64,000 bases of DNA from Thiobacillus sp. (GTDB lineage: Bacteria; Pseudomonadota; Gammaproteobacteria; Burkholderiales; Thiobacillaceae): positions 24,023 through 88,022 of the forward strand of contig JASJPF010000016.1 in NCBI GenBank assembly GCA_031426835.1. Direction: 5' to 3'. The notes under the pieces are model-generated. The model had not been told where the DNA came from. It did not search any database and saw only the letters and a program-made list of their open reading frames with translations. Positions 26,700-34,830 of the stretch are shown here, piece after piece. Position 1 is the first letter of the stretch; each line of letters starts with the position of its first letter. The position numbers were made by a program, and so were the translations under genes.

Positions 26700-28784
26700 A
26701 TGTTTGCCACCCTGCTTATCCTGGCTGCAGTAGGTTATGGGCTAGCAATGCTGTCCTATTTAGGGCTTTCCGGACTCATTATTGCCAGTTGGAAACAGCG
26801 TCCGCACGGACGTTTGCTGGTACTGGCCACCTGCCTCAGTACTTTGTGGGGAGGCCTATCCGCGCTGACTGCATTAGGCAAGCTCCCGCCCGTGCTCAGT
26901 TTCGCTGCCGAGGTGGCACGTAATGGTGCCTGGCTATCATTACTGCTGTATATCCTGCATCTACGACTGCCCACGGGCGCGATCCTGCCCTTGCCGCTGC
27001 GATTCATCCGCACCCTGAGTGGCGCTCTGGTCATTGGGCTGCTCGTTTCCAGCGCGATACCTTTCATCGCCCCCACCCAGCCAGTCTTGGCGCAATGGGC
27101 CGGCAACCTTGGGTTGGTGCTGCTGTCCGTGATGGGCTTGGTGCTGATTGAGCAGGTCTACCGCAGCACCCGTCCGGAAGATCGTTGGGCGATCAAGTTT
27201 CTGTGTCTTGGGCTGGGCGGCCTGTTCGTCTATGATTTTTATCTCTACGCCAACGCTGCACTATTCAACGCTCTGGATGCCCAGGTGTGGGCAGCACGCG
27301 GCTATGTCGTTGCCATGGTGGCGCCGCTGATCGCCGTTTCCGCTGCCCGCAATCCGGAATGGGCCGCACCGGTCGGCTTGTCACGCAGCATGGCTTTTCA
27401 TACCGCCAGCCTGCTGGGGGCGGGGATCTATTTGTTGCTGATAGCGGGCGCAGGCTACTACCTGCGCCTGTTTGGTGGTGAATGGGGCGATGTGGTGCAA
27501 ACCGTGTTCCTCTTTGCCGCCGCCATGCTGCTGGTGCTACTGATGTTTTCAGGCACTTTGCGCGCCCGTTTGCGGGTTTTTCTATCCAAGCACTTTTTCA
27601 GCTATCGCTACGATTACCGGGAAGAATGGTTGAAATTCACCCGCACCCTCACCGAAGGCCATACCGGCGATCAGATGGGCGAACGCGCTGTAGAAGCACT
27701 GGCCCGGCTGCTCGACAGCCCGGGTGGCGCCTTGTGGATGCATGAGGGCCAGGCAGGTTTTCAGCGTGCCAACCACTGGAACTGGAGCGACATTCAGGGC
27801 ACTGAGCCCACCGACTCCCACTTCATTCATTGGCTCGCTGATAAACAATGGATACTGGATCTGGACGAGATGAAAACCCGGCGAGACCTCTACGGCGACC
27901 TCGACGCACCTGCCTGGATAAAACAGGCTAACGATGCCTGGTTGGTGGTCCCATTGATGCTCCACGAAGAACTGCTGGGGTTCGTCGTACTGAAGCACTC
28001 TCTGGGCAAAGCCAATTTCAATTGGGAGGTAAGCGACCTCCTCAAGGTCGCAGCACGCCAAGCCGCAGCACACCTGGCCCAAATGCGCGCATCCAACCAG
28101 CTCATCGTGGCGCGCCAGTTCGAATCGTTCAACCGCACCACCACATTTGTCATTCATGACCTGAAGAATTTGATCGCACAACTGTCGCTGCTGTTGGCCA
28201 ATGCCGAAAAACACCAGCACAACCCGGAATTCCAGGCCGACATGCTGGTCACCGTGGAGAATGCCGTCACCCGTATGAACAAGGTGCTTACGCAATTGCG
28301 TCGGGGAAACGATGAAGCACGCTCGCAATCGGTGACATTGCTGGACATTCTGGAAGAGGCTGTCGCCAGTAAACACGCATTCAAATTAAAACCGGTTCTT
28401 GAACGCCCGTCCGCCAACTTGCGAGTGTATGCCGAGCGCGAACGACTCACCCGCGCAATTGGCCACCTGCTGCAAAATGCGCTTGAGGCCACCCCCTCAA
28501 CCGGTCAAGTTACCCTGCGTGGATTCGAGGCATCCGGACAAGCCATCATCGAAATCATCGATACAGGTAGCGGCATGGATGAAACCTTTATCCGTACCCG
28601 CTTGTTCCAGCCTTTTGATTCCACCAAAGGCGCCGGCATGGGTATCGGCGCCTATGAGTGCCGCGAAACCGTGCGCGCGTTAGGTGGCACTCTGCGAGTA
28701 AACAGCACACCGGGGAGCGGCACCCGGTTTCGCCTCAGCCTGCCGCTGGACAATAATTCACAAGCCGGAGGAGACGCCGCATGA
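26700..28784 (+). CDS. prsK: XrtA/PEP-CTERM system histidine kinase PrsK
   Basis: 694 aa: ~280-aa polytopic N-terminus, a GAF-like middle, a histidine-containing dimerisation/phosphoacceptor region (VIHDLKN) and an HATPase domain (DTGSGMD, GAGMGIG). 4-nt overlap with prsR. Confidence 0.82.
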   Translation: MFATLLILAAVGYGLAMLSYLGLSGLIIASWKQRPHGRLLVLATCLSTLWGGLSALTALGKLPPVLSFAAEVARNGAWLSLLLYILHLRLPTGAILPLPLRFIRTLSGALVIGLLVSSAIPFIAPTQPVLAQWAGNLGLVLLSVMGLVLIEQVYRSTRPEDRWAIKFLCLGLGGLFVYDFYLYANAALFNALDAQVWAARGYVVAMVAPLIAVSAARNPEWAAPVGLSRSMAFHTASLLGAGIYLLLIAGAGYYLRLFGGEWGDVVQTVFLFAAAMLLVLLMFSGTLRARLRVFLSKHFFSYRYDYREEWLKFTRTLTEGHTGDQMGERAVEALARLLDSPGGALWMHEGQAGFQRANHWNWSDIQGTEPTDSHFIHWLADKQWILDLDEMKTRRDLYGDLDAPAWIKQANDAWLVVPLMLHEELLGFVVLKHSLGKANFNWEVSDLLKVAARQAAAHLAQMRASNQLIVARQFESFNRTTTFVIHDLKNLIAQLSLLLANAEKHQHNPEFQADMLVTVENAVTRMNKVLTQLRRGNDEARSQSVTLLDILEEAVASKHAFKLKPVLERPSANLRVYAERERLTRAIGHLLQNALEATPSTGQVTLRGFEASGQAIIEIIDTGSGMDETFIRTRLFQPFDSTKGAGMGIGAYECRETVRALGGTLRVNSTPGSGTRFRLSLPLDNNSQAGGDAA

Positions 28785-30133
28785 GCGACGCCAAACAAAC
28801 AATATTGCTGGTGGAAGACGACCCCGGGTTGCAAAAGCAGCTCAAATGGAGTCTTTCTGATTATGAACTGGTCGTTGCAGCTGACCGCGACAGCGCCATT
28901 GCTCAGCTCCGCCGGCATGAGCCCCCTGTCGTACTGCTCGACTTGGGGCTACCCCCCGATGCCGATGGCGCCACCGAAGGGCTGGCTGCATTACAGGAAA
29001 TTCTGTCCCTGGCACCCGCAACCAAAATCATTGTCGTCACCGGCAACCTCGATCGCAGCAATGCAGTACAAGCTATCCAGTTGGGCGCATACGACTTCTT
29101 CCAGAAGCCTTTCGAGCCCGATGTGCTGGCACTGATGATTTCACGCGCATTGCATGTCCACGCACTGGAGGCAGAAAACCGGCAGCTGATATCCCGGCAA
29201 CGGGGTTCGCCCCTGCAGGGGCTGATCACCAGCAGCGAACCCATGCTGGAAATCTGCCGCACGGTAGAAAAAGTCGCTCCAGCCAATGTCACCGTCCTTC
29301 TGCTGGGCGAATCCGGCACCGGCAAGGAGGTGCTGGCGCGAGGCGTTCACGAACTGTCGCCACGCGCCGGCAAGCGCTTTGTTGCCATCAATTGCGCCGC
29401 CATTCCCGATACCTTGCTGGAATCCGAGTTGTTCGGTTATGAAAAAGGCGCCTTCACCGGTGCCGCCAAGCAAACCATCGGACGGATCGAATACGCCAAC
29501 GAAGGCACCTTGTTCCTCGATGAAATTGGCGACCTGCCGATGCCGCTGCAAGCCAAGCTGCTGCGCTTCCTGCAGGAGCGTGTCATTGAACGCCTCGGCG
29601 GTCGTGGCGAAATTCCGGTCGATGTGCGCATCGTGTGCGCCACCCATCGCGACCTGTCCAACATGATTCGCGAAGGCAGCTTTCGCGAAGATTTGTACTA
29701 CCGGCTATCCGAAATCTCCGTGAAGATTCCGCCGCTGCGTAACCGTCCGGGAGATGCCGTCCTGTTGGCACAGGCTTTTCTGGAACGCAACACCCAGGAA
29801 ATGGGGCGCAACATCCGAGGCTTTACCGCCGATGCACTGGGCTCGCTCGAAACCCACAGTTGGCCAGGCAACGTCCGCGAAATGGAAAATCTGATCAAGC
29901 GCGCCACCATCATGGCCGACGGCAATCAGATCACCGCAGCCGATCTTGGACTCAATGCCGGCCAGGCTGCGCCGCAACTTCTGAATCTGCGGCAGGCGCG
30001 TGAAAACGCCGAGCGGCTGGCGATCAGTCAGGCGCTTGCACGCAGCGAGGGCAATATCGCCCAAACAGCAGAATTGTTGGGCATCACGCGCCCGACGCTA
30101 TACGACCTGATGGCGAAAATCGGCATGAAGTAA
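28781..30133 (+). CDS. prsR: PEP-CTERM-box response regulator PrsR (NtrC-type sigma-54 enhancer-binding protein)
   Basis: REC (LLVEDDP...LLDLGLPP), AAA+ (GESGTGKEV, GAFTGA, ELFGYEKGAFTG), and a C-terminal Fis-type HTH (NIAQTAELLGITRPTLY). Confidence 0.9.
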   Translation: MSDAKQTILLVEDDPGLQKQLKWSLSDYELVVAADRDSAIAQLRRHEPPVVLLDLGLPPDADGATEGLAALQEILSLAPATKIIVVTGNLDRSNAVQAIQLGAYDFFQKPFEPDVLALMISRALHVHALEAENRQLISRQRGSPLQGLITSSEPMLEICRTVEKVAPANVTVLLLGESGTGKEVLARGVHELSPRAGKRFVAINCAAIPDTLLESELFGYEKGAFTGAAKQTIGRIEYANEGTLFLDEIGDLPMPLQAKLLRFLQERVIERLGGRGEIPVDVRIVCATHRDLSNMIREGSFREDLYYRLSEISVKIPPLRNRPGDAVLLAQAFLERNTQEMGRNIRGFTADALGSLETHSWPGNVREMENLIKRATIMADGNQITAADLGLNAGQAAPQLLNLRQARENAERLAISQALARSEGNIAQTAELLGITRPTLYDLMAKIGMK

Positions 30134-30150
30134 GCCGGCACGTCAGAGTG

Positions 30151-32412
30151 TCACCGCGCCCGGTGGCGCAGCCCCAACAAGGCGGGCATCAGCAGCAATT
30201 CGAAGATTTGGCCTGCGAGCAGACCCACGGCGCAAAGCATACCGAAATGGGCTGTGGGTCTAAAATCGGACAAGCCCAGCAGACTGAATTGCGCCACCAG
30301 AATCACCGAAATGGCGATCACCGCGCGGCCCGAGCTTTCCACACTACGGACGATAGCGAACACCGGACTGACGCCGTGGCGGATGCGGTGCAGATAACCG
30401 TGATACAGATGAATGGTGTCGTCCACTGTGATGCCGAGAATCACGCCTGCGATCAGAACCGTCGCCACATCCAGTGCAATTCCCGTCGTGCCCATCACCA
30501 CGAAAATGAAAAACAGCGGCGCCAGATTGGGCACCAGGCAAATCAACGCACCACGGAACGAGCGGAACAATAGTGCCATCAGCAGCAGGATTTGCAGAAA
30601 TGCTGAGACAAAGCTCTTGACCTGGCCAGTGACGATGCGATCCGTCTGGTCCGCAAACAATTGTCCGTAGCCAGATATCTGGGTGTCCACGCCAGTTATG
30701 GGGTGGGCAGCAATATGCGCCCGTATCCGCTCGATTGCCCGACTGATTTCATTGGCGCCGTGGACGTTGAGATTAAGCGTGATTCGACCACGCTGGAATT
30801 CACGATTGACCAGTTCGTACAAGTCTTTGCCGTCGTAAATCAATAGCAGCTGTTCGATCAGCTTACGGCTGTTCGGCAGGGAGTTGGGGCCGAGCTCTTC
30901 ACCACTGAGTGCGCGATTCATTTCCTCAATCACGTCGACCAGTGAAAAACTGCGGTCAATTTCAGGCTGCTGTTCCAACCAAATTTGCAGGGACTTTATT
31001 TGTGCCAGCGTAGCCGGGACTTTCAAGCTGTCACGCGTCATGCCGGTGAGGACAACCTCCAGTCCAGTGACGCCGGCAAGTTTGTTTTCCACGCGGGCGG
31101 TACTGCGGCTAATGCTGTGATCAGGTGCGAAAAACTCGATCAGGTTGGACTCCACCTTCACTTGCATAACCAGCGGGATGGTCACCAGTACGATTACGAT
31201 GGTGCTCGCCAGAACTGCCTTCGCATTACGCAGGCTGAATACGGCCACCGCTGCCGCGACATGGCGAGCGTACGCCAGCCCGGAACGGCGGCGCGGCCAG
31301 CGCGGCGTGTCCCATTTCACCAGAATGGGTGGCACAAGAATGAAAACCACAACAAAGACCACCAGCGTGCCGATGGAACCCGACAGGCCAAAGGCCTGCA
31401 CTGGCGGAATGTCCACCCACAAAAGGCTAAGCATCCCCGCGCCAGTGGTCAGTACATTAAAGAGACCCGGTATGAGTGTTTCTTTCAGCGCGCGCGCGAT
31501 ACGTTGCGGGCGAGACAAAAGGGCGATGCGCGCGCGCTGGATAGCCGCATAAAAATGCAGCAATGTGGCCGTGGTGTACGCTGCCATCAGGGTAGGGATC
31601 ATCGCAGTGATTGGCGTGTAGGGTTGGCCGGACACGATAATTCCAGCCACGCTGACCGAAACGACCGTCCCCATGGCCAGACCACCTATGATCACAGGCC
31701 GCACTCGCCCAACAACCCACCACATCAATGCCAGGCCGATGGCGACAGTAAGCGGGATGAAAATGGCACTGTCGCGCAAAATAGAGCGCAATTCCTCAAC
31801 CGTTTGCGCTACCGTGCCGGCAGTGGCTGTATGGTAGGGCGATAGCTTCTCGGCCGTGATAGCAGCCTCTAGTGCAATCTGGATATCGCGGCGGACCAGG
31901 CTTTCTTTAATGGTTTTGGGGCGCACGACCAGTGCGACGGCATGACCATCACGCGAGGCAATGAGCCCCGCCGCAAAGGTGTCGCCTATCACGCGGGCTT
32001 TCCATTGTGCTGGCGTGCGTGCGTCCAAATTCTTGGGATCAACCAGCAAGGACACGGCAAAACCATCGTCGGTGGAGTCGATGTGTTCCACCGTAGTCAG
32101 CGTCAGCACCCGGTCAACCGCAGGGTGCTCAGCCATTTTTTGTGCCGCGCGATTGAGTGCGGCAAGAAATTCGGAGGTATAAAGCGTGTCGCCCTCAAAC
32201 AGGACAATGATGGCTTCGTCGTTGGGGAACTCTTTGAATAGCGATTCGCGTAGTTGGAGTGTGGGCGAATCGAGTGGTGCGTAGATGTCCGGTGCGTTAT
32301 TGAAATGCAGCTTGAGAAGAAATGGTAACGACACTAGCTGAATGCCAAGCAGCATGGCCAACGCCAGCCAAGGCGGTAGCATGCGGCGTCCACTGAGCCA
32401 ATGCTTCAACAT
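30151..32412 (-). CDS. RND-superfamily MMPL/HpnN-like exporter (COG1033 type)
   Basis: 753 aa with 2 x (periplasmic loop + 5-6 TM) architecture. Third gene of a three-gene operon. Confidence 0.82.
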   Translation of the reverse strand: MLKHWLSGRRMLPPWLALAMLLGIQLVSLPFLLKLHFNNAPDIYAPLDSPTLQLRESLFKEFPNDEAIIVLFEGDTLYTSEFLAALNRAAQKMAEHPAVDRVLTLTTVEHIDSTDDGFAVSLLVDPKNLDARTPAQWKARVIGDTFAAGLIASRDGHAVALVVRPKTIKESLVRRDIQIALEAAITAEKLSPYHTATAGTVAQTVEELRSILRDSAIFIPLTVAIGLALMWWVVGRVRPVIIGGLAMGTVVSVSVAGIIVSGQPYTPITAMIPTLMAAYTTATLLHFYAAIQRARIALLSRPQRIARALKETLIPGLFNVLTTGAGMLSLLWVDIPPVQAFGLSGSIGTLVVFVVVFILVPPILVKWDTPRWPRRRSGLAYARHVAAAVAVFSLRNAKAVLASTIVIVLVTIPLVMQVKVESNLIEFFAPDHSISRSTARVENKLAGVTGLEVVLTGMTRDSLKVPATLAQIKSLQIWLEQQPEIDRSFSLVDVIEEMNRALSGEELGPNSLPNSRKLIEQLLLIYDGKDLYELVNREFQRGRITLNLNVHGANEISRAIERIRAHIAAHPITGVDTQISGYGQLFADQTDRIVTGQVKSFVSAFLQILLLMALLFRSFRGALICLVPNLAPLFFIFVVMGTTGIALDVATVLIAGVILGITVDDTIHLYHGYLHRIRHGVSPVFAIVRSVESSGRAVIAISVILVAQFSLLGLSDFRPTAHFGMLCAVGLLAGQIFELLLMPALLGLRHRAR

Positions 32413-32431
32413 TCTCAGGGCATCCGTATGT

Positions 32432-33883
32432 TCAGAACTTGGTGTGCAGGCCCAACGTGATCAGCGAATGATCCTGTTGGAAGCCACCCAAGGTACGCGA
32501 CTCACCGTCGAAGTAGTGTGCTGAAATATACAGTTCATGCGGCTCCCAGCCTACATAACCGAGTTTAGGGCTGAGGTAGATGTCGCGTACGTTAAAGCCG
32601 GCGGCAAAGCGCAGGCCGGCCTTCCAGCGCCCCTGGCTGAAACTGGTCTCGACTTCGCCATTGGCGCCGTAATATTCCTTCAGCTCCAGAATGTTTCGAT
32701 CAGTTTGCAGCGCATGTGCGACCAGTTGCAGGTTGACACGGGTGTCCTTGCCGCCGGGGAAGAATTCGAGCGCGCCGATCCAGTCGAGCGAATGTGTGCT
32801 GTCCATCGCCGTGGTGGCCAGGGTTACCGGCACATTGTCGGTGTAACCCGCTTCCATGCGCCAGGTGAGGCCGCCGCTCACCAGTTCCAGGTCGGCGCCG
32901 ACGAAAGTGTTGAACGGATGCACTGCGGTAAGCGTCGGTCCGAGCGGGTCCGTCCGATAATACGGCAACGACTGCCGGGTACGCGCCAGGGTTACGCCAA
33001 AATCGAACGGCGCACCGGTCTTGGTGAGACGCAGCGCGCCACCACCACTGCCATGTTCGTCTTTATCGATACGCGCGGTGCCCACCAACGTTGCCAGTTC
33101 CGGACTAGGCGCAATGCCGATAACCTGTCCGGTGGTACGGTTAATCGGGCTCCAGATACTGGCGACATCGGGCAGTTGCGCGCCACGGAATGCCGGCAAC
33201 CAGACTGCGTCCAGCTTGTAGTCACCAAAGTTATGCTCCCAGCGCGCGGCGAGCTGCGCACGGCGACGGTCGGACAGACCGTCCAGTGCAAAGCGCGTCA
33301 AGTCGACACGGCTGACGCGGTCAGCTAATGGAATTGCATCGGCACGGCCCCAAATAATGGTCTGCGCGCCCAGGGTCAAGCGGGTATCGCCATTGCGGTA
33401 ACGCACATAAGTATCACTGTAGTCAGCTAGCATTTCGCGGTGATCGGCGCGGCCGCCGTCCTGCATCATGCCGTCGAGCCGCGCGCCGGCACGGAACTCC
33501 CAGTTTCGGCTGGGCTGCCACAAGACATAAGGACTGATGCGCAGGGTGGAATAGGTGTCCGCTTCCGCCGCATCGGGCAAACCACCCGTTTCCAGTAGCA
33601 GGTCGTCGACGCCATATTTGAGTGTGGGCTGGAAGCCGCGCGCCCTCGGTTTACGACTGCGCGCGGTTGGAGGCGGCAGATCGTCCGCAGCGTTGACCAT
33701 TGGCCCAGTTACGGCGGGCGCGGCTTCAGTTGACGCCGCACGTGGCTTACGTTTCGGAGTGCGCGGCGGCAGCAGATCTTCGGTTGTGACTTGCGCGTCA
33801 ACACGAACCGGAGGCAATCCATCAGAAGCATAGACTGGCAAAACGATGAGCGACAGACTCAAGCTCAGCAACATGTTTTTCAT
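32432..33883 (-). CDS. Putative outer-membrane beta-barrel protein with Pro/Lys/Arg-rich N-terminal linker
   Basis: Signal peptide MKNMLLSLSLSLIVLPVYASD, alternating-hydrophobic beta-strand pattern, C-terminal ...ITLGLHTKF (terminal Phe). ATGA overlap with the upstream gene. Confidence 0.6.
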   Translation of the reverse strand: MKNMLLSLSLSLIVLPVYASDGLPPVRVDAQVTTEDLLPPRTPKRKPRAASTEAAPAVTGPMVNAADDLPPPTARSRKPRARGFQPTLKYGVDDLLLETGGLPDAAEADTYSTLRISPYVLWQPSRNWEFRAGARLDGMMQDGGRADHREMLADYSDTYVRYRNGDTRLTLGAQTIIWGRADAIPLADRVSRVDLTRFALDGLSDRRRAQLAARWEHNFGDYKLDAVWLPAFRGAQLPDVASIWSPINRTTGQVIGIAPSPELATLVGTARIDKDEHGSGGGALRLTKTGAPFDFGVTLARTRQSLPYYRTDPLGPTLTAVHPFNTFVGADLELVSGGLTWRMEAGYTDNVPVTLATTAMDSTHSLDWIGALEFFPGGKDTRVNLQLVAHALQTDRNILELKEYYGANGEVETSFSQGRWKAGLRFAAGFNVRDIYLSPKLGYVGWEPHELYISAHYFDGESRTLGGFQQDHSLITLGLHTKF

Positions 33884-34707
33884 GGGCGATATTCCGATTC
33901 CAGGCTTTCATCAGCCAAGGTTTGTGAAGTAAATAGTTTGGACGGAAGTTTTTGGTCATACAACGCGACATCAACAACCATGCGGGTTTCGTGGCCGCTC
34001 GCAAGATCAATCATGCGGCTGTCGGTCAAGGTCCAGTAGCCCTGATTACGCTTTTTTCCGCGCAGCAGCCAACGCTTGCCAGGGGTGCTGGTGTCTTTCT
34101 CGAAATAATCCACTCGTTGCAGGATGGCAGTGGCCGGATCGACCCAGCTGATGCGCTTTTTGTATGCAGAATCGTCAGCATCCAGCGGCACGCTTTCGAG
34201 CACATCGCAGAGAATGCCGTTTTCTATTTGCTTGCCCAACAAGTGGTGGCGGTCTTTCGAAGGTTTCCGTTCCTGCATATCCTCGAAATACAGGTCGGAA
34301 CCCACAAAGCGCCCGCCCTTGCGGTCGCTTGAAATACGCCGCACCCGGTCGAGCGCGGGAAGATAAAGCCACTGGTCTGTAGTGCCATCGGCTTTATCTA
34401 CACTTAGAAGACCGGTTCCCGCGATATCTTCCGGATCGAGAAAGCGAATCAGGTTGGCGGTTTCGCCGCCCGATTTGTCAAGCCGGTAAGTCACGATTTC
34501 GCGGATGCGTGGCGCCCGTCCTTTTTCGGTCAGCACCATGCGGCCCAGCGTGGACAGATCGCGGCCGTTGGGACGATCGTAAACGCGCTGCGCCAAAAGC
34601 AATGCGTCGTCGGCCATGGCGGACGCCATCAAAGTGAAGCCGCCCGCCAACAGCAATAACAAAATAACAGACGAGCGAAACCGGTGGCTTAAGTTTTGCT
34701 GATTCAT
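33880..34707 (-). CDS. LolA-like outer membrane lipoprotein-sorting protein family
   Basis: MNQQNLSHRFRSSVILLLLLAGGFTLMASAMAD signal, then DQWLYLPALDRVRRISSDRKGGRFVGSDLYFEDM, which is characteristic of this family. Start taken at ATG 34707. Confidence 0.8.
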   Translation of the reverse strand: MNQQNLSHRFRSSVILLLLLAGGFTLMASAMADDALLLAQRVYDRPNGRDLSTLGRMVLTEKGRAPRIREIVTYRLDKSGGETANLIRFLDPEDIAGTGLLSVDKADGTTDQWLYLPALDRVRRISSDRKGGRFVGSDLYFEDMQERKPSKDRHHLLGKQIENGILCDVLESVPLDADDSAYKKRISWVDPATAILQRVDYFEKDTSTPGKRWLLRGKKRNQGYWTLTDSRMIDLASGHETRMVVDVALYDQKLPSKLFTSQTLADESLESEYRP

Positions 34708-34794
34708 CTGGTGCGTTCCCTGGATATCGTAATGGCATACCAGTTTATCGGTAAAAAGGAGCGATATACTGTCGAACGATCCGCATTGTTGTTG

Positions 34795-34809
34795 AATGTG
34801 TAACACATT
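34795..34809. promoter_or_regulatory. Perfect 15-bp palindrome in the divergent LolA-like/prsT intergenic region
   Basis: AATGTGT-A-ACACATT, 22 nt upstream of the prsT ATG. Confidence 0.3.
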
Positions 34810-34830
34810 ATTCTAAACAGGATTTCTTTA

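Noticed and set aside
34733-34748. TGGCAT-containing sequence upstream of prsT, as a possible fourth sigma-54 promoter.
   Set aside because: TGGCATACCAGTTTAT has TA, not GC, at the -12 position in the required register.
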